Origin: a virus
Strand: one strand, 5' to 3'
IMG/VR virus record: IMGVR_UViG_3300006033_000016
Location: 68,999 to 132,998 of that record
Length of the DNA: 64,000 nt
Below are positions 7,568-14,607 of the stretch, piece by piece (the stretch's first letter is position 1; the number at the start of each line of letters is the position of its first letter). The notes under the pieces are model-generated. The model saw only the letters and a program-made list of their open reading frames with translations, ran no database searches and was not told the origin of the DNA. The translations under genes were made by a program, and so were the position numbers.

Positions 7568-8500
7568 TCACTTTCTAGATAGCCACTCCTCCACCAACGA
7601 GATACAAAGGGCATCTAGCTTGTGTACAGGAGGGTTCTTTGGCAGGGGCGAAGACTCGTAGAGACGCGCCGCCTCAGCATCCAGGGATTCGGCTTCCTCT
7701 ATCAGTTTATCGTAGGTCCACTCTCCGCGACGAATGGCCAGAAGATCCTCGAAGTCAGGACGTCGAACAATGACCCCCTTACCCGACAGAATTTCGACAC
7801 ACATCCTAAGCAGCCTTATCAAATGAAGAGCGTGCTTAGTATCAAAGCCATGCTGAGCCTCCAGGGCAGCTCTATCTTTATTTCTGTTCTTCTGCCATTT
7901 TTCATACTGCTGCCAATGATGAAGAGCGCTGGCGTACTGCTTTTCCTTTTGGATAACCTGCATCACGTCACTTCCAAAGGAATAGCCTGAGGAGGACAAC
8001 TCGTCAAAGGCACCCATAGTGGACCCACTAACGATCTTATTTCCCTCCTCTGGAAGACCAAAGTCAGAGCGCAGAGGCTTGCCTTTTGGAGGGGACAGAA
8101 GCCAAGACCTGTGGGTCTTGATTCTCTTAAGCTGCGAGTGTGCATACCCTGCAAACGTATAGCGAGCTTTTCTGGATAGGAATAGTTCTCGGTTTTCCAG
8201 AAGCCTTTCACCTAACTTATCGACCTTAATTTGATTAGAAGGGTCGGTGTATAGTATCTCTACCACATTTGGGTTGCAGTCGGAGGCCAGCCTAAAGAAC
8301 TTTCTTATATCAAATACTACCTTGTCGTTAGGGTCGTGCTGCTCGTTTTGCTCGAAAACGAAAGAATAACCTAAAAAGTATTCCTTAGGTGGAATAGCTA
8401 TTCCTCTGAAATCTGTGTCGGAGGTATCTAGGTTGGTTCCGTAGGCCCTACTTCCGTGAACCGTCAAATAGATGGTGTGGTCATCGATAGAAAAATTCAT
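7568..8500 (-). CDS. RlaP-like nucleotidyltransferase (DNA pol beta superfamily)
   Basis: GSRAYG.N..TSDTD.RG motif, NPN..E.L, K.A.H..RL. Confidence 0.85.
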   Translation of the reverse strand: MNFSIDDHTIYLTVHGSRAYGTNLDTSDTDFRGIAIPPKEYFLGYSFVFEQNEQHDPNDKVVFDIRKFFRLASDCNPNVVEILYTDPSNQIKVDKLGERLLENRELFLSRKARYTFAGYAHSQLKRIKTHRSWLLSPPKGKPLRSDFGLPEEGNKIVSGSTMGAFDELSSSGYSFGSDVMQVIQKEKQYASALHHWQQYEKWQKNRNKDRAALEAQHGFDTKHALHLIRLLRMCVEILSGKGVIVRRPDFEDLLAIRRGEWTYDKLIEEAESLDAEAARLYESSPLPKNPPVHKLDALCISLVEEWLSRK

Positions 8501-8542
8501 GTGATACCTGCCCGCAATCAGATGTCGTACATAGCGATTTGC

Positions 8543-8920
8543 TCAAGAAATTGACAGCATCATGGAGACCAGGTTTTCCATGACAGAACGTATTTGCTCT
8601 TTTGTTATTTTTGACAAAGCAAAGGCATCTACTTTTCGGTCTACTGTATGTCCAGGAGGAATTGCGTCCCAGAATGGGGCCATACGTACTCTACGAATGT
8701 GTACCAGTGGAGGAAGGTCGTCTCCCGGTTTGTACCCCTTTGACAAAAGACTGGGTGAATTGTAGAGATCGTGCTCCATAACCATACGGGGGTACACAGC
8801 CAATACAAGGTAAACATGTGGCGCACTATCCGATAGAAGAACGACCAAGTCATTCGCTGCTATCGAGACATCCCACTCTTTAGCTATGGAGGAGGCCAGA
8901 GGAGTCTTCTTTTTAGCCAC
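8543..8920 (-). CDS. Hypothetical protein
   Basis: 125-aa ORF in a tightly packed operon. Confidence 0.7.
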   Translation of the reverse strand: MAKKKTPLASSIAKEWDVSIAANDLVVLLSDSAPHVYLVLAVYPRMVMEHDLYNSPSLLSKGYKPGDDLPPLVHIRRVRMAPFWDAIPPGHTVDRKVDAFALSKITKEQIRSVMENLVSMMLSIS

Positions 8921-8924
8921 GTTA

Positions 8925-9473
8925 CTACTTTCTGTACACGCACTGAACTTTGACTCCTACCATGTCACCCTTCTTAGAAATAGACGTAGAGCCTACGCAA
9001 AAAGAAGAAAGAGAACTCTTTGTGTGTTCTAGCACGGATGAAGCCAAATGTTCCCTAAGAAGAGGTGAGTCGGGGTCAAACAGAAGATCAACACAGGGAC
9101 CTGCCAGAACAAATGTTGTGAGGTTGTGTCCGCTGCTAGTTACTTTGTTTTTGTAGGATTTGACTCCAAATCCTGTACACTTTTCCACTATATCCCTTAC
9201 CAAGAACAACTCCTCGGTATCAGAACAGAGTTCCGCAGAGGGAGGAGTGCTTTGCTTGGACGTGACTACCACGGGATGAACAGAAAAAGAGTATCTCCTG
9301 ACCCTGTTGCGCTTCATTGACCTTTTTAGCTTATGAAGTATGCGAATAGTGTCAGAAGAAGGATGGTACCCAGCGACTAAAAGAGAAGCCTCCAAAGAAA
9401 CCAGATTCTTTTCCGCGTCTGTCTCTAGAGTGTAGTGGTCGAACGACAGGTTTCCTACAGAGGTGTCTGTCAT
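8925..9473 (-). CDS. Hypothetical protein
   Basis: 182-aa ORF, ATGA overlap with upstream gene. Confidence 0.7.
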   Translation of the reverse strand: MTDTSVGNLSFDHYTLETDAEKNLVSLEASLLVAGYHPSSDTIRILHKLKRSMKRNRVRRYSFSVHPVVVTSKQSTPPSAELCSDTEELFLVRDIVEKCTGFGVKSYKNKVTSSGHNLTTFVLAGPCVDLLFDPDSPLLREHLASSVLEHTKSSLSSFCVGSTSISKKGDMVGVKVQCVYRK

Positions 9474-10030
9474 GGCGATCCAACCTCAGACAAGTAAGTT
9501 TTTATAGCCTCCTTTACGTGAGAGGGAGTAATGGAGGGATGGTTGTGTACAACCACGAAAGAAGGACCAGCAGTCTTAGAGTGTACCACTCTGAATTTCC
9601 AACCAGAGATGGAAGAAAACACACCCTGCAACACAGAAATGTCATGTGGGTGTGCGGCTCGAAAAGCCTTAATTATAGTAGTAGACTGCGATACGGAATC
9701 GTTTTCGTGTTCTGGCGCCTCCTCAGAAAGTGGAGGAGAAACGTCAGGGGATGTCATGTCAAATCCGTCTTCCAGTAGAGAAAGTCTAAGTCGGTCTACT
9801 GTCTTCATGACTTTGCTGTTTGGGTCAAATCCGTCTAGAAGTAAACGGCTACGTAACTCCTCATAGTGGCGTACGACATCATTAGACATAGACACTCCTG
9901 TTTTGGTGGCAGAAACTTTTACGGCCTTACGCAATCTAGCAAGTAAAACTGCTGCGTGGTGAGTTCTGTTGTACCCGCACTTTACTAGCAGTTCTCTGAG
10001 TTTTTGAATCGAGTTTTCAACTGAATTCAT
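9470..10030 (-). CDS. Hypothetical protein
   Basis: 186-aa ORF, ATGA overlap with upstream gene. Confidence 0.7.
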   Translation of the reverse strand: MNSVENSIQKLRELLVKCGYNRTHHAAVLLARLRKAVKVSATKTGVSMSNDVVRHYEELRSRLLLDGFDPNSKVMKTVDRLRLSLLEDGFDMTSPDVSPPLSEEAPEHENDSVSQSTTIIKAFRAAHPHDISVLQGVFSSISGWKFRVVHSKTAGPSFVVVHNHPSITPSHVKEAIKTYLSEVGSP

Positions 10031-10233
10031 GTGTGCCCCATTTCCTCTAAGGCTTCAGCTATTCTTTTAGCCTCCTCAACTAAACGAGTGTAAGCAGCCA
10101 ACTTTGTTCCTACGCTCATGTCCATGAGAACTTTATCAAGGGGACGAGCAGAAAGGCGGCTCAAAACTGACAGCAAGTCGTCAAAAAGCTTCTTATCTGA
10201 ACCAACGGAGGAGGCACGGCAGCAATCTGACAT
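10027..10233 (-). CDS. Hypothetical protein
   Basis: 68-aa ORF in operon. Confidence 0.6.
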   Translation of the reverse strand: MSDCCRASSVGSDKKLFDDLLSVLSRLSARPLDKVLMDMSVGTKLAAYTRLVEEAKRIAEALEEMGHT

Positions 10234-10237
10234 GTGT

Positions 10238-10645
10238 TCACCTGCAGGGTTTCTTCATAGATCTAAAGAGAGGCAGAAGCTCTTCCACGGACAAAGATGT
10301 AGTACGATATCCCGTGGACCCGGATTTCCTAACTTCGGAGGCATGTGCTGCCTCGTCTAAGAGACCACTGAGGAATGGCATGTATTCACTAGTGTAAAAA
10401 CACTGGGAGTCTAAGTCTAGGTCTGATAGCGTATCTGCAATTTCGTCGATGAGATTAACTACTGCATTCCTAACCTCCTTAGAGAGAAGGAGGGGCCTCC
10501 TATCCACATAAGGGACAAAGTTATCTGCCCCACAAACTGCACACGCACACTTGACGTCAAAGATGGTGCGGCATTCGACACACATCCAACAGTGGTCAAG
10601 TCTCTGCGAAGAAAAACTAATCATAGGTTCTAGTAGATCAAACAC
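10238..10645 (-). CDS. Hypothetical zinc-ribbon protein
   Basis: CVEC...CAVCG; AGGAG Shine-Dalgarno upstream. Confidence 0.7.
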   Translation of the reverse strand: MFDLLEPMISFSSQRLDHCWMCVECRTIFDVKCACAVCGADNFVPYVDRRPLLLSKEVRNAVVNLIDEIADTLSDLDLDSQCFYTSEYMPFLSGLLDEAAHASEVRKSGSTGYRTTSLSVEELLPLFRSMKKPCR

Positions 10646-10678
10646 GGATACTCCTGTGAAAGAAAGCGTACTCCCATC

Positions 10679-10694
10679 TAGTATGAGCAGGGTT
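10679..10694 (-). promoter_or_regulatory. Conserved 16-bp motif copy (AACCCTGCTCATACTA)
   Basis: Immediately downstream of a 21-bp hairpin, upstream of the 10645 gene. Confidence 0.6.
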
Positions 10695-10741
10695 GCTGCA
10701 ATAGAAAGAGCCCCTTTTTGAGGGGCTCTTTCTATTGCAGC
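10695..10741 (-). terminator. 21-bp perfect hairpin, probable terminator
   Basis: GCTGCAATAGAAAGAGCCCCT-TTTTG-AGGGGCTCTTTCTATTGCAGC. Confidence 0.75.
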
Positions 10742-10747
10742 GCTAGG

Positions 10748-11506
10748 TCAGTCGTCCTCTTCGTCGTCCCAGTCATCGAAGTCATCGTCGTCATCTTCGT
10801 CTACTGGGGCCTTGGATTTGACGGGCGCCTTGGCAAGAGGCTTGGTAGGCGCTTTACGCGGCGGAGGAATGTCATCCTCTTCGTCGTCTTCGTCATCCTC
10901 ATCATCCTCAACGACCTTCTTAGGAGGGGCTTTGGACACCTTGACGGCTTTGCGGGGAGGTTCCTCCTCGTCCTCATCCTCGTCCTCATCCTCATCATCG
11001 GAAGGAGGCGGCGCAGTTTTCTTTGTGGGGGCTTTCGAAGCCTTTTTCGGCGGAGATTCCTCGTCCTCATCCTCGTCCTCATCCTCGTCCTGAGGAGAGG
11101 GAGCTGCTGACTTTTTAGTCAAAGGCTCAGTGGTTGTTGCCTTTGTAGCGACGGACGGAGTATCCTCTTCCTCGTCCGAAGGAACTTCTACAGGATTCTT
11201 TCGAGGGCGTCCTCTTCCCTTCTTAGAATCACTAGATTCCTTTTCTTCAGAGGAGGAGCTAGGAGTGCTGTTCTCTTGTGGAGAGGGTGAAGTTAGTGTA
11301 TCAGAAGAGGGCACAGCTATGCCCTTGTAGGAGTCATGTGACTCCACTTCGTCGAGGCTGTTAAGCCCCATCAACATCAACATTCCTCTGATTTCATCAA
11401 GGTTTAGAATAGGCCCATTTTTTAGACTGACGTAGTAATTTCTCTTTACTATGGCTTCAATCAACAGAGATTGAAGTTTGGCGTAGTCGCTCTTTGACAA
11501 GGACAT
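10748..11506 (-). CDS. Low-complexity acidic/Lys-Pro protein with AT-hook motif
   Basis: KKGRGRPRK followed by repeated DEDEDEDEE tracts alternating with PPKKA-like segments. Confidence 0.8.
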   Translation of the reverse strand: MSLSKSDYAKLQSLLIEAIVKRNYYVSLKNGPILNLDEIRGMLMLMGLNSLDEVESHDSYKGIAVPSSDTLTSPSPQENSTPSSSSEEKESSDSKKGRGRPRKNPVEVPSDEEEDTPSVATKATTTEPLTKKSAAPSPQDEDEDEDEDEESPPKKASKAPTKKTAPPPSDDEDEDEDEDEEEPPRKAVKVSKAPPKKVVEDDEDDEDDEEDDIPPPRKAPTKPLAKAPVKSKAPVDEDDDDDFDDWDDEEDD

Positions 11507-11548
11507 GGACAGGCTCCTGTTAGGTGTAGGTGAGTCTTTTACAAGAAA

Positions 11549-11863
11549 CTAGTTGGAAGAGGGTCTAAGAGACAGTAAGGAAAGAGTCAATTTTTCTGCG
11601 CCTTCTGTAGAAAAACAGACGGCCAGGTCGCACACCGATAGTAAGGACAAGTAAAGTACGCCAGACTTGCCAGAAGAGGGAAGTCCATCAAATTTTCTTC
11701 TAAGAGAAGAGAAAGAAGACGGATCACCATGTGACTCTAAAAGGGCGTCTAAACACATAGAGAAGGAAAGAAGGAAACCCTTTTCCACTCCGTTGGAATG
11801 GCGAGTTGTAAGATCGCTCACAGCGCTTACTATCTGTCTAAGTATATGGTAATCGTTTTCCAT
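11549..11863 (-). CDS. Hypothetical protein (start reassigned downstream of the tRNA sequences)
   Basis: The listed ORF start (11968) lies inside tRNA-Pro; ATG at 11863 (MENDY...) is more plausible. Confidence 0.6.
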   Translation of the reverse strand: MENDYHILRQIVSAVSDLTTRHSNGVEKGFLLSFSMCLDALLESHGDPSSFSSLRRKFDGLPSSGKSGVLYLSLLSVCDLAVCFSTEGAEKLTLSLLSLRPSSN

Positions 11864-11875
11864 GAATACCATATA

Positions 11876-11903
11876 TGGTCGGGGCAGCCAGATTCGAACT
11901 GAC
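11876..11903 (-). pseudogene. 3' piece of a split tRNA-Pro-like gene (T arm, acceptor strand, ACCA)
   Basis: GTCAG-TTCGAAT-CTGGC-TGCCCCG-A-CCA. Confidence 0.8.
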
Positions 11904-11924
11904 GTTGTGTCTGTCCTAATCTTA

Positions 11925-11999
11925 TGGTCGAGGTGACAGGAGTCGAACCTGCTTGATCTAGTTCCCAAAACTAGCGACTGACCGTTAGCCTACACCTCG
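11925..11999 (-). tRNA. tRNA-Pro(TGG)
   Basis: CGAGGTG/CACCTCG acceptor, anticodon arm CTAGT-TTTGGGA-ACTAG, T loop TTCGACT, ACCA. Confidence 0.93.
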
Positions 12000-12008
12000 A
12001 TGTGTAAT

Positions 12009-12446
12009 TTACAGAGCACTTATTCTAATGTATCCCCTTTCTCTGGCTGTTTTTCTTCTATGGCAGTTGGCACATAATATTTGACACTTTTTCACTTCTT
12101 CTTTTATCCTTCTAAGAGAACAGCCACTACCTACAAGGTTTGACACGTTTTCTATCTTAGTAGAAGGGTCTAGGTGGTCAAAGTCAAGTACTATGGGGTC
12201 GGATTCGCCACAAGAAGCACACGGATTGGTTTTTAGTATGTTGAGTATATACTCGGTATTTCGCATCCTCAACTTAGCAAAGTTAGACTGCTTTCTTGCC
12301 AACCTCAGTTCCTTGGTACCACTCCAATACCTACGGTCGTAGGATCTCTTGCACTCTCTACATTTAGAGAGATGCCTGTTTCTCTTTGTAAGATAAGGAA
12401 ATTCGTCTATTGGCTTTTCCACGTTACAAACTAAACAACGTTTCAC
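12009..12446 (-). CDS. HNH endonuclease
   Basis: N-terminal CLVC/CREC; CASCGESDPIVLDFDHL...KCQILCANCHRRKT. Confidence 0.88.
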   Translation of the reverse strand: MKRCLVCNVEKPIDEFPYLTKRNRHLSKCRECKRSYDRRYWSGTKELRLARKQSNFAKLRMRNTEYILNILKTNPCASCGESDPIVLDFDHLDPSTKIENVSNLVGSGCSLRRIKEEVKKCQILCANCHRRKTARERGYIRISAL

Positions 12447-12458
12447 AGAAATACCATA

Positions 12459-12479
12459 ACCAAGCTCAGCTATGCCCCG
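12459..12479 (-). pseudogene. 5' piece of a split tRNA-Pro-like gene
   Basis: CGGGGCA-TA-GCTGAGCTTGGT; first 7 nt are the exact complement of the orphan 3' acceptor strand at 11880-11886. Confidence 0.7.
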
Positions 12480-12487
12480 ATATGTTT

Positions 12488-12563
12488 TGGTGACTCCAAC
12501 GGGATTTGAACCCGTGTTAACGCCGTGAAAGGGCGCGGTCCTAGGCCTCTAGACGATGGAGCC
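12488..12563 (-). tRNA. tRNA-Glu(TTC)
   Basis: GGCTCCA/TGGAGTC acceptor, anticodon arm GCGCC-CTTTCAC-GGCGT, T loop TTCAAAT, CCA. Confidence 0.95.
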
Positions 12564-12568
12564 AAGAA

Positions 12569-12597
12569 ATACTACACGATACGAAAGTGTATGTCAA
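12569..12597 (-). promoter_or_regulatory. Sigma70-like promoter for the tRNA cluster
   Basis: TTGACA-17 nt-TAGTAT ending 5 nt before the tRNA-Glu 5' end. Confidence 0.6.
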
Positions 12598-12841
12598 GTG
12601 AAGGATCAAAAATAGAGTCCACGACTTCAGGATAGCCGTTGTCTCGAACAAAGATATAACGACAAAGGTGAGGAAACGATTCTTCAGGAAAGAAGTCTAT
12701 GAATATTAGCACACCCCTGTGATCGTTGTCAGGATCAAATGTGCCCCTAAAGACCTGTCTATCTCGCGTGTCTTTGACAGAAGACATGGACAGCATAGAA
12801 GAACTTACGTGTACCTTTCTACCGTCTAAGGTCTTCTTCAT
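12572..12841 (-). CDS. Hypothetical protein
   Basis: 89-aa ORF, ATGA overlap. Confidence 0.65.
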   Translation of the reverse strand: MKKTLDGRKVHVSSSMLSMSSVKDTRDRQVFRGTFDPDNDHRGVLIFIDFFPEESFPHLCRYIFVRDNGYPEVVDSIFDPSLDIHFRIV

Positions 12842-13377
12842 CGAGTAAGCTCTTCAAACCGGGTAAGAAAAAGTTCCTGGGCTTGCGCTGGAAGAAGTGG
12901 GTCATTAACATTTAGCCCTGGAGGAGGGCTGGCATTCAGGTAGGAAAACTTCAACTCTCCAACGGGGTACAGAAGATCTCTGGCTTCTGCCATAAGAACA
13001 GAGTTATCTGCCTCATGCACCTCTTCCGGAAGGTCCAACGGAAGGCCGAACTTACGAGCTATGGATTCCCATATGCGAGCCTCTAATTCCTCAAAGTCTG
13101 GCATAAATCTTTTGATGGGTCTAATAAGATCTCCGACATATGCCTCAGTTGCGTCGTGAAGAAGAGCTGCTAAGGCGTTTTCGGGAGAGACGTATTTAGA
13201 GCAATGCACGCTGTGCTCTGCCACGGAGTAAAATAATCTACAGTGACCGTTGAATCGGCAAAGCTTGGATAGGGCGGTAGCTATATCGTGTATGTCTATA
13301 GAGGCCTGTAGGTTGTCCCTAAATGGGTAAAACCTGGCTCCGCTATACAGTGTGAACCAGCTATCTTCTCTGTTCAT
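12838..13377 (-). CDS. HD-domain phosphohydrolase (YfbR/YfdR-like 5'-nucleotidase family)
   Basis: LS..CRFNGH..FYSVAEHS...ALLHDATEAY.GD..P.K...AD. Confidence 0.88.
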   Translation of the reverse strand: MNREDSWFTLYSGARFYPFRDNLQASIDIHDIATALSKLCRFNGHCRLFYSVAEHSVHCSKYVSPENALAALLHDATEAYVGDLIRPIKRFMPDFEELEARIWESIARKFGLPLDLPEEVHEADNSVLMAEARDLLYPVGELKFSYLNASPPPGLNVNDPLLPAQAQELFLTRFEELTR

Positions 13378-13380
13378 AGG

Positions 13381-14604
13381 TTACTCCAGGTCATCAGGCC
13401 AAGAAGACCACTCAAACACATAAGCCAACGGCTTGTAGCTCAGTAGAGCAGATAGGTGCTGTACCGGTACTCCAAATTTACGAGCAGAATCCTGAGGAGA
13501 AACGCCTATGTAGTAAGAATGATAGCAGAAAGCTTTCCAAACCAAAGAATCGGAGAGAGCAAACGAAGATACAAGATCCAAGTCGTCGGGTGAAGCACCT
13601 GCGGCCAAAGCCTTTTTAGAGGCGGACCTAAAAGATTTGGACTCTACAAGGCGACAGATGAAAGCAGAAGCGACACGAGAAAAGGTGGTAGATCCAGTCT
13701 GCTCATCTATGCGAGAAAGAACAGACATAAGATCTACACTATCAGGAGGAAGAGAGGGAGTAGAAATGTTCATAGAGGTTCCCTGTATTGTGTTTCCCTT
13801 CAGCTTTCTAACTCTTCTCTTTGTTTTTATCACTAAGGGCTTGTCTTTAGGGTACTTTACCCATTTAGGTTTTTCCGTCCCTAAGACAGACACTATAAAT
13901 TCCAAGTCATCTATACGAGCGCCAAACTGGTTGGCCGCGTCCTGTAGGGGAACCGAAGCTTCTACATGAGAGAAGAACGCACGCCATAACATCTCAGAAG
14001 AATGGGTAGTTTCAATAAACTTCTCAAGTTCTGCGAGACGCTCAACAGGAACTCCCATAGCCAGGGCAGGTTTCTGAACTCTGGACACCCAAGACTTGCG
14101 GTGTATAATCCCCACCAAGTAAGAACACACGTTTTTCAGAAATTCGTCACCGAGTTCTTTATCGTAAGAGACAGTAGAAAGAACTTCCCTAAAGGAAATG
14201 TCATCCCCTAAATCGTCTAGGGCAGAGTCGGAGGCAGGAAGCCGGAAAGAAGGCGGGGAGGATAAAAGGGCAGAGTTCAGTTCTTCTGGCGTTATGTTCT
14301 TCTTTTTGTGACCAGAAAACATGGGGTCGGATTCGGCATCCAACAACACTACACCCTCTATCTGGGATAGAGCTAGGGGGTCATCAGTGACGAGAAACGA
14401 GTGAACTCCATCTACAGAAGAAAGTCTCTTCAAGGCAGAGATTCCATCTACCAAAACCACAGGAAGTCGGTCATCAGCCTCCTGCAAGAAGGAGTGCAAA
14501 TCTTCTGGGCTGTTGTGGTACAAATGCACTCTAAACATAGAGCGGTTTATCACCATCACAGCGATCGAAGGAGAAGTAAAAGCTAATCCAACTAAACTAG
14601 GCAT
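13381..14604 (-). CDS. Hypothetical protein with an internally duplicated ~85-aa helical domain
   Basis: Two copies of ALA.G...L......LW.AF..H......D.A..FG....L. Confidence 0.8.
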   Translation of the reverse strand: MPSLVGLAFTSPSIAVMVINRSMFRVHLYHNSPEDLHSFLQEADDRLPVVLVDGISALKRLSSVDGVHSFLVTDDPLALSQIEGVVLLDAESDPMFSGHKKKNITPEELNSALLSSPPSFRLPASDSALDDLGDDISFREVLSTVSYDKELGDEFLKNVCSYLVGIIHRKSWVSRVQKPALAMGVPVERLAELEKFIETTHSSEMLWRAFFSHVEASVPLQDAANQFGARIDDLEFIVSVLGTEKPKWVKYPKDKPLVIKTKRRVRKLKGNTIQGTSMNISTPSLPPDSVDLMSVLSRIDEQTGSTTFSRVASAFICRLVESKSFRSASKKALAAGASPDDLDLVSSFALSDSLVWKAFCYHSYYIGVSPQDSARKFGVPVQHLSALLSYKPLAYVFEWSSWPDDLE

Positions 14605-14607
14605 ATT

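Noticed and set aside
10880-11095. CRISPR array or tandem-repeat locus
   Set aside because: Repeats are Asp/Glu codon runs inside a CDS; no repeat-spacer structure.
11864-11968. N-terminal extension of ORF 11549-11968
   Set aside because: Overlaps tRNA-Pro and the orphan tRNA 3' piece.
11904-12458. Group I or II intron in tRNA-Pro
   Set aside because: The insert is almost fully occupied by the HNH ORF and a tRNA; no ribozyme core is recognisable.
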